A stretch of DNA of 64,000 bases from Desulfobacterales bacterium (GTDB taxonomy: Bacteria > Desulfobacterota > Desulfobacteria > Desulfobacterales > UBA11574), in assembly GCA_030145345.1 (NCBI GenBank), contig JAQYVT010000005.1, positions 3,939 through 67,938 of the forward strand, in the 5' to 3' direction. Within the stretch, counting starts at the first letter, position 1. Each line of letters begins with the position of its first letter. Positions 37,685-48,074 of this stretch are shown here, in pieces. A program made the translations under genes and the position numbers. Under the pieces are notes generated by a model that had not been told where the DNA came from, searched no databases, and worked only from the letters and a program-made list of their open reading frames with translations.

Positions 37685-37691
37685 TCTAAAA

Positions 37692-37756
37692 CCTAAGTTG
37701 AGCGATTTTTAGGGAAGAGATCGGTACAGATCGAGCTAAAAATCGCTCAATTTAGG
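37692..37756 (+). repeat. 21-bp perfect (with one G-U) hairpin directly after the pilT-like gene, the first of four consecutive hairpins
   Basis: The arm cctaagttgagcgatttttag (37692-37712) pairs with ctaaaaatcgctcaatttagg (37736-37756). Three further stems follow: aaaggc/gccttt, gttgaac/gttcaac and gttgaat/attcaac. Confidence 0.7.
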
Positions 37757-37919
37757 TAAAAGGCTGAAGCCTTTGTCGGTTGAACTGAAACCGCGGGTCC
37801 CGTTCAACTAAACAGTTCGCCCAGTTGAATTTCGAGGATTCAACCGGGCAAACGCATATTAAAATGGATAAAATTCCTTACCGCCGCCGCGAAGCTTCAA
37901 TCTCAATAAAGGAAAAATA

Positions 37920-38612
37920 ATGGATGTTGTGTGTCAAAAGTGTCTGGCCAAGTTTAAAATTCCGGACGAAAAGATCCCAAAGGGACAGTCCTTTTCGTTA
38001 ACCTGTCCCAAGTGTGAAAACAAAGTGTTTGTCGATTCCCGCGATGGTGGACGATCTTCATCCCATAGGATGACCGCTTCATTTTCCAACTCCGATGAGG
38101 AAAAGGAAAAGGCAATCATTGATGAAGTCGACGCCGGCACCTATGATGCTTCGGATAAACCGTTTGATTTTGTTGAAGAAGGTGTGGAGACAGCCCTTTT
38201 GTGCGAACCCGACTCGGCTGTTCGAGCGAAAATCATAACCGCTTTGTATAACATGGGATATCATACCACGGCACCCCAGCTTCCCAAAGACGCTCTCAAA
38301 CAAATGCGATTTCACGTTTTCGATATGGTCGTTCTCAACGAACGCTTTGGCACCCAGGATCCAAACATGAACAACGTCCTCTACTATCTGGATCGCCTCA
38401 ATATGTCCATACGTCGGAACATCTTTGTGGCCCTCGTCACCACCCAATTCAGGACCATGGACAACATGGCGGCCTTTCACAAAAGTGTTAACCTGATTGT
38501 CAACCTTAAGAATATAAACGAAATAGAAAAAATCCTGAGACGCGGGAAAACCGATTATGAGAACTTCTACCGTGTCTACAAGCAGTCCCTTATTAAAACC
38601 GGCAGAATCTAA
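37920..38612 (+). CDS. MJ0042-type zinc-ribbon protein with a C-terminal receiver-like (pseudo-receiver) domain
   Basis: The N-terminus has CQKC...x19...CPKC in the MJ0042-finger pattern. The C-terminal 130 aa align by eye to CheY-like receivers: ALLCEPD, FDMVVLNERF, IFVALVTT and a VNLK region. An Asn sits where the phospho-acceptor Asp is expected. Confidence 0.6.
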   Translation: MDVVCQKCLAKFKIPDEKIPKGQSFSLTCPKCENKVFVDSRDGGRSSSHRMTASFSNSDEEKEKAIIDEVDAGTYDASDKPFDFVEEGVETALLCEPDSAVRAKIITALYNMGYHTTAPQLPKDALKQMRFHVFDMVVLNERFGTQDPNMNNVLYYLDRLNMSIRRNIFVALVTTQFRTMDNMAAFHKSVNLIVNLKNINEIEKILRRGKTDYENFYRVYKQSLIKTGRI

Positions 38613-38645
38613 TCGGTGAAATATCAGGGATCATCCGAATTGCTC

Positions 38646-38795
38646 ATGATAAACTATACCTGTGCCGACTATCGGATCGAAATGATCCTCCTGAGTCTCA
38701 GGCAGCGTCTGCAACGCGAAGATCTGAGTGAAGAAGAAAGAAACGATATCATTTTACAGATGAAAAAACTCGAAGCGGCAATGGAGCTTGATTAA
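38646..38795 (+). CDS. Possible small protein (49 aa; 59 aa if it starts at the GTG at 38616)
   Basis: The translation is MINYTCADYRIEMILLSLRQRLQREDLSEEERNDIILQMKKLEAAMELD. It is below the 60-aa cutoff of the ORF track. It is helical and charged, and is followed by a 10-bp hairpin. Confidence 0.35.
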   Translation: MINYTCADYRIEMILLSLRQRLQREDLSEEERNDIILQMKKLEAAMELD

Positions 38796-38806
38796 ATAAT
38801 ACGATT

Positions 38807-38829
38807 CTTCTCCAACTTCGTTGGAGAAG
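38807..38829. terminator. Hairpin after the small ORF
   Basis: The stem is cttctccaac-ttc-gttggagaag (10 bp). There is no clean T-tract on the plus strand, so terminator function is uncertain. Confidence 0.35.
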
Positions 38830-39289
38830 AGGGTTCGAGGATTTGATGAATCAAGGTGGCAAAGTGTCAAGGGGCCAAGTGTTTGTTCTCCAGCGATTTC
38901 AAAAGCTCTTTGTGCATCCTTTCAACTTCCTTTGTTTCATCCTTGAGAGCCTTTCAATTTTCTTTATTTACATAATTCAAATCACCTGAAAGCAGAACCT
39001 GGATTCCCATCCCTAAAGACAGACGCCCTCGGCAATATATAATGACCTCAAGGAGTCTGCGGTTGTCTTCTTGCTATATTCTTCTTTTAGAAATTTGTTT
39101 GTTATCCTATAAAGATCCAAACAGCGTCTGTACGACTTTTACCAAACTATCAGCTCTCTGTAATTCTTAAGCATTTCACTCGAATCCTTGGACCCTTGAC
39201 TCCTTGAATCCTTTCAAAATCATCAACTCTTTTGGAGATGATCCAATAAAGCTTTCTACAAAACAGGAGGGTAAGTTTCAAAACAGCTT

Positions 39290-40054
39290 CTATAAACTGT
39301 TGCTGATGATCCGCAACCCTTCCAAGGTTAAGGCCGGTTCAACAACCTCGATCATCTCAGATACCTGATACATAAGGTCTGCCAGACCGCCTGTGGCGAT
39401 GATACGGGGATTCGTGCCCATTTCCATCTTCATCCGCTTGACCATCCCGTCCACCAGGCCTGCATATCCAAAAATAATTCCGGCCTTGATACTGCTCGCG
39501 GTATCTTTGCCAATCACACTTTCAGGTGGAACAAAAATTTCAACCCGGGGGAGTCTGGATGCTTTTATGAAAAGTGCTTCCGCAGAAATCATGATTCCGG
39601 GGCTGATTGCACCCCCAAGGTATTCCCCTTTCTCAGAAATAGAATCAAAGGTTGTTGCGGTGCCAAAATCTATCACGATGAGACTGGTTTGGAATTTATG
39701 AAATGCTGCAACCGCGTTGACGATCCGGTCTGCGCCCACTTCGGATGGATTTTTATATCGGATTGGCAATTTTGGAGCGGACCTGGCATCCACCCAATTC
39801 GGTGAATGGCCCAGATATTTTCGACAGAACGAATCTAGAATGGTGACCATGGGTGGAACGACGCAGGAAATAATGGTCTTGTCGATATCGCTGGAATCGA
39901 TATTGCTGCCTGAAAATAGGTTGGCAGCAAGTACGTTAAACTCATCTTCCGTTGTTCGTCTTTCCGTACGGATCCGCCAGTTTTGAATCAGATGACTGCC
40001 ATCGTAAACACCGATGACAGCATTTGTGTTGCCGACATCAATAACAAGGAGCAT
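39290..40054 (-). CDS. coaX: Type III pantothenate kinase
   Basis: It has MLLVIDVGNTN, and DFGTATTFD and GGLA motifs. It is 254 aa. Confidence 0.9.
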   Translation of the reverse strand: MLLVIDVGNTNAVIGVYDGSHLIQNWRIRTERRTTEDEFNVLAANLFSGSNIDSSDIDKTIISCVVPPMVTILDSFCRKYLGHSPNWVDARSAPKLPIRYKNPSEVGADRIVNAVAAFHKFQTSLIVIDFGTATTFDSISEKGEYLGGAISPGIMISAEALFIKASRLPRVEIFVPPESVIGKDTASSIKAGIIFGYAGLVDGMVKRMKMEMGTNPRIIATGGLADLMYQVSEMIEVVEPALTLEGLRIISNSL

Positions 40055-40276
40055 ATTATAAATTCCTTTTTTGACGAATTCTTTATGGGTATTACGCCGA
40101 TAAGCGGAATAGGGTTCTGATCTATAGGTATCGTGTAAATCCCGACAGTTACTCGTGGCAGGTCGCAGACTTCCACACCTTTTGTTAGAATAGAGAAGGG
40201 GCTATGGTTGGTCATCGCAAATATTTAACTGTTTATAATCGATGGCAATTCGAGAAAATAATCAAAGGGATAGGTC

Positions 40277-41155
40277 CTATGAAGTATTCCGTGCATTTTT
40301 TATGGCGTCAATAATTTTTACAGTGATACGTGTATTGGCGACATCGTGGACCCTGACCATATGGGCACCGTTTAAGACGGCAGCGGCAACAGAAGCCTGG
40401 GTGCCGGTCTCGACGATGGCCGATTCGGGATCGATATCTTCAACCGATGGATCTTTAAGGATGTTTCGTAAAAAGGCCTTTCTCGAAGTCCCGATCATTA
40501 TTGGCACATCCAGGGTTTTAAATTCCTTTAAGTGCTTAATTAATAAAAGATTATGCTCCAGGGTTTTTCCGAAACCGATCCCAGGATCGATGATGACTTT
40601 TGATCTTGAAATCCCTTGATTTTCAGCGCGATCCACTGCATTTTCAAGAAACGCTTTGATTTCTGTGATCAGGTCAACATATGTGGGATCAGTCTGCATG
40701 GTTTTTGGGGTTCCAAGCATATGCATCAAAATTACAGGAACCCCGTATTCTATCGCGACATCCGCCATTTTCGAATCAAGGCGAAGTGACGATATGTCGT
40801 TTATCATTGAGGCCCCGGCGTTAATGGCTTGCCTGGCGACGCCGGCTTTGTTTGTATCGATGGAAATGGGAATCGAAATGCGGTTTGCGAGCTGCTCGAT
40901 GACGGGGACAACTCGCCGGATTTCTTCTTCTTCAGATACCGGCGCTGAAAATGGTCGTGTGGACTCCCCGCCGATGTCGAGGATGTCGGCGCCATCTTCA
41001 AAAAGCTTCCGGCCCTGATTGACTGCACCCTCAAATGAAAAAAAAGTTCCCCCGTCTGAAAATGAATCCGGGGTTACATTCAAAACCCCCATAATACACG
41101 TGCGGTGACCGAGAACCAGACGGTGCTGATTCCATTTAAGGTGATATGTTTTCAT
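40277..41155 (-). CDS. folP: Dihydropteroate synthase
   Basis: It has MGVLNVTPDSFSDGG, DIGGESTRP and DPGIGFGK. Confidence 0.9.
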   Translation of the reverse strand: MKTYHLKWNQHRLVLGHRTCIMGVLNVTPDSFSDGGTFFSFEGAVNQGRKLFEDGADILDIGGESTRPFSAPVSEEEEIRRVVPVIEQLANRISIPISIDTNKAGVARQAINAGASMINDISSLRLDSKMADVAIEYGVPVILMHMLGTPKTMQTDPTYVDLITEIKAFLENAVDRAENQGISRSKVIIDPGIGFGKTLEHNLLLIKHLKEFKTLDVPIMIGTSRKAFLRNILKDPSVEDIDPESAIVETGTQASVAAAVLNGAHMVRVHDVANTRITVKIIDAIKNARNTS

Positions 41156-41328
41156 TAAAAAATTATGTCAATTTTCAATTCGATGGCGAATCCCGCAGCC
41201 CCGTTGAATCGGGATCTTTGCTTTGCTCCGGCAAGACTTCGACGCGTTCCGTCGCGTCGCTGCCGGGTCAAGGAACCCTGGGCGTCAAAAAGGTATGCCA
41301 TGAACCCAAACAGGGAGTGACGCTTGGG

Positions 41329-43239
41329 TTAAGACGCTGCCGGATCGCTTTCGGTTTCTTCTTTCGGTTCTGTTTGATCTGATTCAACTTCCGTTTGAGT
41401 CTCTTCGACCGCTTCCTCGTCGTTTAACGTCTTTGACGAAAATTCAAATCCCGGTTTCATGGAGAGTATGAGTTCATCAAGCTCACGTCCCAAAACCGTC
41501 TCTTTTTCAAGCAAACGGTCGGCTAAGGCATGAAGAATATCTAAATTTTCTTCCAAAACGTTCTTTGCACGATTGTAGGCTTCTTTGATCAGCTTGTTTA
41601 TTTCTTCATCAATTTTTCTGGCGGTTTCTTCAGAATAATCCCTGTGCTGCGCAATCTCCCGCCCAAGGAAAATATGATCTTCCTCTTTGGAATATGACAG
41701 CGGACCGAGCAGATTACTCATACCCCAGTTGCGTATCATCTTCTGTGCAACATCGGTTGCCTGTTTAATGTCGTTGGAAGCGCCCGTACTGATGCGCTTA
41801 AAGACGATTTCTTCGGCCACCCGCCCGCCAAAAGCAACGGACAATTCGTTCTCAAGTTGATCTTTATATTTAAAATCGCTCTCTTCCGGCAAAAACCATG
41901 TGATACCGGCGGCCCGGCCCCGGGGAATAATGGTAATCTTATTGACGGCATCCGTTCCGGGCAAAAAACGGGCAACAAGGGCATGTCCGCCTTCGTGGTA
42001 TGCCGTGGTCTTTCTGTCTTCTTCTCTGATGACCTTAGACTTTCGTTCCAGTCCCATGTAAACTTTATCTTTGGAATCTTCCAGGTCCAACATATCAACT
42101 TTTTCTTTGTTTCTTTTAGCGGCTAAAAGGGCTGCTTCGTTCACGAGGTTCTCCAAGTCTGCACCCGAGAAACCCGGGGTTCCCTTTGCCAGTACCACCG
42201 GATCGACATCCGGCGCAACCGAGGTTTTTTTCAGGTGAACTTTAAGGATTTGTTGACGGCCGAGAATATCCGGCAGGGGCACAACCACCTGACGATCAAA
42301 CCGGCCGGGACGTAAAAGCGCAGGGTCCAGTACATCCGGACGGTTCGTGGCGGATATAAGGATCACACCCTCATTCGATTCAAACCCGTCCATTTCCACC
42401 AGAAGTTGATTTAACGTCTGTTCTCTCTCATCATGACCTCCCCCGAGCCCGGCACCCCTGTGCCTTCCAACCGCATCGATTTCATCAATGAAAATTATGC
42501 AGGGGGCGTTCTTTTTTCCCTGGACGAATAAATCTCTGACACGCGATGCGCCAACACCGACAAACATTTCTACGAAATCCGAACCGCTGATATGAAAGAA
42601 TGGAACATCGGCTTCACCTGCAATGGCGCGGGCAAGGAGGGTTTTACCTGTTCCGGGCGATCCCATTAGAAGCACACCTTTGGGTATCCTTCCGCCAAGC
42701 CGGGTAAATTTTTTAGGTTCTCTTAAAAACTCGATAATTTCTCCGAGTTCTTCTTTGGCTTCATCGATGCCGGCAACATCGTCAAAAGTGACCTTTGTCG
42801 ATTGATCAGATTGCAAACGGGCCCGGCTTTTGCCGAAAGACATGGCTTTCCCGCCGCCGGATTGCATTTGACGCATAAAAAATATCCATACGCCGATAAG
42901 TACAATCATCGGGAACCATGAAACCAGTATTGACATATACCATGGGGAGTCGCTTTCAGGTTTAGCGCTGATAGAAACACCTTTTTCCCGGAGGATTTTG
43001 ATGAGATCGCTGTCCAGGGGTGCATATATTTTGAAGCGATTGTGGTTTAGGTCCGTAACAAAGAGCTGTTGTCCCTGTATAACGACATCAGAAACGCGCT
43101 CATTATCGACCATGGCAAGAAATTCAGTATAGCTGATATTGGTTTCCGCCATGTTCTGTTGATTGAAAAGGTTATAAAGCATGATCATCATCAGCGTGAT
43201 GACTATCCATAAAGTCAAATTTTTATAGAAAGGATTCAA
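41329..43239 (-). CDS. ftsH: ATP-dependent zinc metalloprotease FtsH
   Basis: It has an N-terminal TM pair, the AAA Walker A GSPGTGKT, an SRH region and the zinc motif HEGGHAL. The C-terminal tail is acidic. Confidence 0.95.
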   Translation of the reverse strand: MNPFYKNLTLWIVITLMMIMLYNLFNQQNMAETNISYTEFLAMVDNERVSDVVIQGQQLFVTDLNHNRFKIYAPLDSDLIKILREKGVSISAKPESDSPWYMSILVSWFPMIVLIGVWIFFMRQMQSGGGKAMSFGKSRARLQSDQSTKVTFDDVAGIDEAKEELGEIIEFLREPKKFTRLGGRIPKGVLLMGSPGTGKTLLARAIAGEADVPFFHISGSDFVEMFVGVGASRVRDLFVQGKKNAPCIIFIDEIDAVGRHRGAGLGGGHDEREQTLNQLLVEMDGFESNEGVILISATNRPDVLDPALLRPGRFDRQVVVPLPDILGRQQILKVHLKKTSVAPDVDPVVLAKGTPGFSGADLENLVNEAALLAAKRNKEKVDMLDLEDSKDKVYMGLERKSKVIREEDRKTTAYHEGGHALVARFLPGTDAVNKITIIPRGRAAGITWFLPEESDFKYKDQLENELSVAFGGRVAEEIVFKRISTGASNDIKQATDVAQKMIRNWGMSNLLGPLSYSKEEDHIFLGREIAQHRDYSEETARKIDEEINKLIKEAYNRAKNVLEENLDILHALADRLLEKETVLGRELDELILSMKPGFEFSSKTLNDEEAVEETQTEVESDQTEPKEETESDPAAS

Positions 43240-43298
43240 AAGACTTAACCCCCTTGAAAGACAATTAATGATACGTTAATATTAATCATCATTATTGA

Positions 43299-44756
43299 TT
43301 AGGCAAGAAAAAGTTCCACTTTCAGTACATTTCTGGTTGAAGGCGTCATTTTAACAGATTCATCCGCTCTATGACCGGCAACCCAAATTATTTTCTCTCG
43401 GCTCAGCAGAATGGGGCATTTTGTCCGTTCATTTCTCGGGACTTTTTTATCAATAAAGAATTTTTTCAACTTTTGCGTTCCGTCCATACCCATGGGTCTA
43501 AAAACATCTCCCGGCCGGTAGTTCCTTACAACCATTGGAAAACTTAAGGTTTCTTTATCAAAAAAAGCGGTGTATTGTCCAGCACAACAATCATCGGGCA
43601 TGGTGTCGGTGCTCATTTCAGTAAATTCCAAATGCGCGCCGATTTCTTTTACAAATATAGATTCGGGTTTTGCTATTTTGTATTCAAAAACAAACGGTTT
43701 GGGATGGCCGGATTTCACGTCAAGATTGCGTAATGCGCTTTTTTCTCGGGAAATCAATAGAACGTCTCCGCTTCGTCGGATTCTGATACGATCCGGAAGA
43801 TCGAGTCTCCCATACGTCGGTCCTTTTTCCAAAAGACGCAGCACAGCGTCTATGTTGACAAAACTAATTCGCCGTAAATCCCCCTTTATTCTTGAGATTG
43901 CTTTTCGTAATATTCGTCGTTGTGCTGCCGTATGCAATCGATCAAGCATTGAGACAGACAACGTGATACGATCATCCTGAACGTTTAACACGCTTTTTTC
44001 AAAAAGCGGGTGAATTACATCTTCAATCCACGCTTCTTCAGAAAGCATAATCGATGAAAGCCGGTTGAGTGTTTCAGAAATCTTCGGATTGTAATCGGTT
44101 TTTAACAACGGAATTAATTTGTGGCGTACTCTGTTCCTTAAATATCTCGTATCCGTGTTGGATGCGTCAGAAACGTATTTCAGTCCATTTTGATTTAAAA
44201 AATCGATGATTTCGGATCGGCTTAATTTTATTAACGGCCGGATAATCTTCCCATCTCTGACCGGCGGCATACCTGAAAGGCCCAGGGGACCGCTTCCTCG
44301 GAAAAGATTCATCAAAACAAGTTCTGCATTATCGTCAGAATGATGTCCAAGTGCAATTTTATTGTATCGGTTTGTTTCCGCGACTTTGTTTAAAAAGTTG
44401 TATCGAACGCGCCGGGCGGCTTCTTCCAGCGAAAGCCGGTTTTTAATCTGATATTCATGCACATCCTCTTTATGAATATGGCAAGGCAGACCCAACCGGT
44501 CTGAAAGGGTTTCAACAAATGCAGCTTCTTTGTCCGAGTCGTTCTGGCGGAGGCCGTGATTTAGATGGGCGATGCCCAGTTTTAGGGAAAAACGGGCGGC
44601 CAATACACGCAGCACATGAACAAGAGCGACGGAATCAGGTCCGCCGGAGACACCAACGACAACGGAATCTTTTTCTTTCAGCATTCCATAGGCTGTAACG
44701 GTCTCCTCAACAATTCGTAATAATTTCTTATTCAAATCTTTGTGCAATACCGGCAT
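43299..44756 (-). CDS. tilS: tRNA(Ile)-lysidine synthase
   Basis: It has the PP-loop VGVSGGPDS and is 485 aa. It lies upstream of ftsH, as in many bacteria. Confidence 0.9.
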   Translation of the reverse strand: MPVLHKDLNKKLLRIVEETVTAYGMLKEKDSVVVGVSGGPDSVALVHVLRVLAARFSLKLGIAHLNHGLRQNDSDKEAAFVETLSDRLGLPCHIHKEDVHEYQIKNRLSLEEAARRVRYNFLNKVAETNRYNKIALGHHSDDNAELVLMNLFRGSGPLGLSGMPPVRDGKIIRPLIKLSRSEIIDFLNQNGLKYVSDASNTDTRYLRNRVRHKLIPLLKTDYNPKISETLNRLSSIMLSEEAWIEDVIHPLFEKSVLNVQDDRITLSVSMLDRLHTAAQRRILRKAISRIKGDLRRISFVNIDAVLRLLEKGPTYGRLDLPDRIRIRRSGDVLLISREKSALRNLDVKSGHPKPFVFEYKIAKPESIFVKEIGAHLEFTEMSTDTMPDDCCAGQYTAFFDKETLSFPMVVRNYRPGDVFRPMGMDGTQKLKKFFIDKKVPRNERTKCPILLSREKIIWVAGHRADESVKMTPSTRNVLKVELFLA

Positions 44757-45010
44757 GATCCTGTGACGATTAATTACTTGGGTTTTGAAAAAATTGTATA
44801 GATTTCAAGAGTTTTAATTATGATACGCTGATTCTTCCATGTCAATAAAAAACACCGGATATCTCCCATGCTCGGTGATGTTAATTTGGGCGTTATGGCG
44901 TATTGGAATCATTAAGAATTCCAATTTTAGAGCGGCGGAGCCACAGGGTTATAGCACCGCGAAGCGATTTTATAACTTGAATTTTTTTTATATCGATTAT
45001 ATTTATAGTC

Positions 45011-45268
45011 TTGGTTGTGCTAGGTGGGGAGCTAGCGGTGCCCTATTCCCGAAATCCGCTTCATGCGGGACTGAATTCCCTCTAAAGGGTTTGAACCTGG
45101 GAGCCTATAAGTCATCCTGATCGGCCGCCGCGCAACAGACGGTTACGAACCTCGTCAGGTCCGGAAGGAAGCAGCGATAAGTAATGCAGTCTGTGTCGTG
45201 GATCGATCCCGATCAAATTTTTGGCTTATTATTTTTCAGCAAAGATTCGATAGAGGGTGCACAACCAA
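45011..45268 (+). ncRNA. ffs: Signal recognition particle RNA, large (Alu-domain-containing, Bacillus-like) form; ends approximate
   Basis: The domain IV motif gtcaggtccggaaggaagcagc lies at about 45153-45174. The 5' region ggtggggagctagcggtgccctattcccgaaatccgct closely resembles the Alu domain of B. subtilis scRNA as I recall it. The 5' ttggttgtgc (45011-45020) is exactly complementary to gcacaaccaa (45259-45268), which closes the molecule. Confidence 0.8.
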
Positions 45269-45452
45269 ACTTTTATCCTTCTCATTTTTTGTGCTGTTCT
45301 CAGACCCTCTAAATTCCATAACCCAAAATTCCCATTTCCGGCTTGACAATATTCTAGACCGTCTTATTTTCTTAGCAATGTTATGATTTTAGTTCGCATT
45401 TTTTAAAATCTGGCTGGCAAACATTCAAAAAATTAGGAGAAAACCAGGTCTG

Positions 45453-46079
45453 ATGGCAAAAAGAAAGAAAATCAAAGTTGACACGAAGGCTGAAGAGACC
45501 GTCGTTGAAAACAAAATCGATCAAAAAAACGATTCGAATAAAGAAGATAACGCAGAGATCGTTGACCCTCTCAAAGAGATGGAAGAAAAACTTGAATCCA
45601 TGGAACAGGAGGTCAAAGAGAATTATGATCGTTGGTTGAGGGTGTCCGCCGATTTTGAAAATTACAAAAAGCGTGCTGCACGCGAAATGAATGATTTCAG
45701 GAAGTTTGCCAATGAAAGCTTTGTAAAAGCGATGCTTCCGGTGGTCGACAACTTAGATCGCGCCATTGAATCCTCAAGCAATGAAAACCATGCCGACACC
45801 TCGATGTTGGAAGGTGTCAACATGACCCTCAAGGAAATCCTCAAAGTTTTTGAGCAGTTCAATGTTAAACCTTTTGAGTCCCTGGGTGAGACCTTCGATC
45901 CGAGTTTACATCAGGCGGTCATGCAGGAAGAAAGCGACGCACATCCCGAAAACGCTGTCGTTAAGGAGTTGCAAAAAGGGTATATGATGCATGAGAGGCT
46001 CCTTAGACCCGCCATGGTTGTTGTCTCCAAAACAAAAACAAAGCCTGAACACCAGAAAAACATCAATAAAGAAGAATAA
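45453..46079 (+). CDS. grpE: Nucleotide exchange factor GrpE
   Basis: It has RVSADFENYKKR and the motif LEGV...F...G..FDP..H.A. Confidence 0.9.
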   Translation: MAKRKKIKVDTKAEETVVENKIDQKNDSNKEDNAEIVDPLKEMEEKLESMEQEVKENYDRWLRVSADFENYKKRAAREMNDFRKFANESFVKAMLPVVDNLDRAIESSSNENHADTSMLEGVNMTLKEILKVFEQFNVKPFESLGETFDPSLHQAVMQEESDAHPENAVVKELQKGYMMHERLLRPAMVVVSKTKTKPEHQKNINKEE

Positions 46080-46127
46080 AGATAAACAAAGACATAAGAC
46101 TATCGATAAAAGCTAGGAGGAAAACAA

Positions 46128-48053
46128 ATGGGTAAAGTCATTGGAATTGATTTGGGCACCACAAACTCCTGTGTGGCGGTCATGGAAGGTAGCGAAGCGA
46201 AGGTCATCACAAACCCCGAAGGAGGGCGCACCACCCCTTCCATCGTCGCCGTTTCAGACAGCGGGGAAAGATTGGTCGGTCAAATCGCAAAACGGCAGGC
46301 CATTACCAATCCGGAGAACACGGTCTTTGCGGTAAAACGGCTTGTCGGCCGCAAGTATGCTTCAAAAGAAGTGCAGGACGATAAAAAGATACTGCCTTAC
46401 AAAATTGAACAGGCTGAGAATGGCGATGTCCGTATAAACCTCAGGGGAAAGTCGAACAGCCCGGCGGAAATATCATCGTTCATTTTGGCAAACATTAAAC
46501 ATACCGCCGAAGAATATCTCGGCGAGAAAGTCACTGACGCGGTTGTAACCGTGCCTGCCTATTTCAATGACAGCCAGCGCCAGGCGACCAAAGATGCCGG
46601 AAAGATTGCCGGGCTCAATGTGCTCAGGATTATCAACGAGCCCACAGCCGCAGCTCTGGCATACGGTCTCGACAAGAAAAAAGAAGAAAAAATCGCCGTC
46701 TTTGACCTGGGCGGCGGCACCTTTGACATATCCATTCTTGAAATCGGCGAAGGGGTTTTTGAGGTCAAGTCCACCAACGGCGATACCCATCTTGGCGGTG
46801 AGGATTTCGATCTTCGGCTTATCGATTACCTTGCAAGTGAATTCAAAAAGGATCAGGGGATCGATATCAGAAATGACAAGATGGCATTGCAGCGGCTCAA
46901 AGAAGCTGCTGAAAAAGCAAAGATGGAGCTCTCCACATCCATGGAAACGGATGTTAATCTTCCATTCATAACCGCCGATGCCAGCGGTCCCAAGCACCTT
47001 AATATAAAAATTACACGCGCCAAACTTGAAGGACTTATCAGCGATCTTCTCGACAACCTGGAAAAACCTTGCCGAACTGCGCTCAAGGATGCAGGCCTGA
47101 CACCCAACGATATTAATGAGGTTATTCTTGTGGGCGGCATGACACGCATGCCGGCGGTTCAGGAACGCGTCAAAAAGATTTTCGGCAAAGAACCCCACAA
47201 AGGTGTTAACCCCGATGAGGTCGTCGCCATCGGAGCCGGCATCCAGGGCGGTGTCCTGAGAGGAGATGTCAAAGATGTTCTCCTTCTCGACGTAACCCCC
47301 CTTTCTTTGGGGATCGAAACGCTGGGCGGGGTCATGACACGGCTTATCGAAAAGAATACAACCATTCCGACTAAGAAGAGCCAGATTTTTTCAACGGCGG
47401 CAGACAGCCAGCCTGCCGTTTCCATCCATGTGCTCCAAGGCGAACGGGAAATGGCCGCCGGTAACAAGACCCTCGGGCGCTTTGAACTTGTGGGAATACC
47501 GCCGGCACCCAGAGGCGTGCCGCAAATTGAAGTCACTTTCGACATAGATGCCAATGGCATCGTAAATGTTTCTGCAAAGGATATGGCCACCGGAAAAGAA
47601 CAGTCGATTCAGATAACGGCGTCCAGCGGATTGTCTAAAGAGGAAATCGACAAACTCATCAAAGACGCCGAACTTCACTCTGAAGACGATAAAAAGAAAA
47701 GGGAACTGGTCGAAGCTCGCAATACAGCGGATGCATTGATCTATTCCACTGAAAAATCGATCAAAGATCTGGGCGACAAGGTTGATGCTGAAACCAAGAG
47801 CAAGGTTGAAGCCGCCATCGAACCGCTTAAAAAGGCGATGGAAGGAGAGGACGCCGAAGAGATCAAACGGTTGAGCGAGGAGCTGACCCAGGCGTCTCAC
47901 AAACTGGCCGAAGCCATGTACCAGCAGGCTTCTCAGACGGACGCCCAGGAGCAGGCCGGAGCCGCAGGCCAGGAGGAGCCCGGACCATCCGCACCTGAAG
48001 AAGACGTGGTCGATGCCGATTTCGAAGAGGTCAAAGACGACGATAAAAAATAA
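46128..48053 (+). CDS. dnaK: Molecular chaperone DnaK (Hsp70)
   Basis: It has [17 protein letters not shown] and a C-terminal acidic tail ending [13 protein letters not shown]. Confidence 0.97.
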   Translation: MGKVIGIDLGTTNSCVAVMEGSEAKVITNPEGGRTTPSIVAVSDSGERLVGQIAKRQAITNPENTVFAVKRLVGRKYASKEVQDDKKILPYKIEQAENGDVRINLRGKSNSPAEISSFILANIKHTAEEYLGEKVTDAVVTVPAYFNDSQRQATKDAGKIAGLNVLRIINEPTAAALAYGLDKKKEEKIAVFDLGGGTFDISILEIGEGVFEVKSTNGDTHLGGEDFDLRLIDYLASEFKKDQGIDIRNDKMALQRLKEAAEKAKMELSTSMETDVNLPFITADASGPKHLNIKITRAKLEGLISDLLDNLEKPCRTALKDAGLTPNDINEVILVGGMTRMPAVQERVKKIFGKEPHKGVNPDEVVAIGAGIQGGVLRGDVKDVLLLDVTPLSLGIETLGGVMTRLIEKNTTIPTKKSQIFSTAADSQPAVSIHVLQGEREMAAGNKTLGRFELVGIPPAPRGVPQIEVTFDIDANGIVNVSAKDMATGKEQSIQITASSGLSKEEIDKLIKDAELHSEDDKKKRELVEARNTADALIYSTEKSIKDLGDKVDAETKSKVEAAIEPLKKAMEGEDAEEIKRLSEELTQASHKLAEAMYQQASQTDAQEQAGAAGQEEPGPSAPEEDVVDADFEEVKDDDKK

Positions 48054-48074
48054 CCGTTCAGAGCGGTTTACCCT

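Noticed and set aside
39988-40215. A 75-aa minus-strand ORF lies in the folP-coaX gap and overlaps the coaX start.
   Set aside because: It is out of frame with coaX, overlaps its conserved N-terminus, and has no RBS or recognisable features.
45340-45452. I looked for a CIRCE (HrcA operator) or a sigma-32 promoter upstream of grpE-dnaK.
   Set aside because: The only TTAGCA word (ttagcaatg-n9-tagttcgca) matches the inverted half of CIRCE at only 3-4 of 9 positions. No CTTGAAA/CCCCAT pair is present. No call was made.
46473-47198. A 241-aa ORF, and a 169-aa ORF at 47391-47900, lie on the minus strand inside dnaK.
   Set aside because: Long antisense ORFs within dnaK are a well-known artefact of its codon composition. 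The plus-strand product is an unmistakable Hsp70, and the antisense translations are low-complexity with no motifs.
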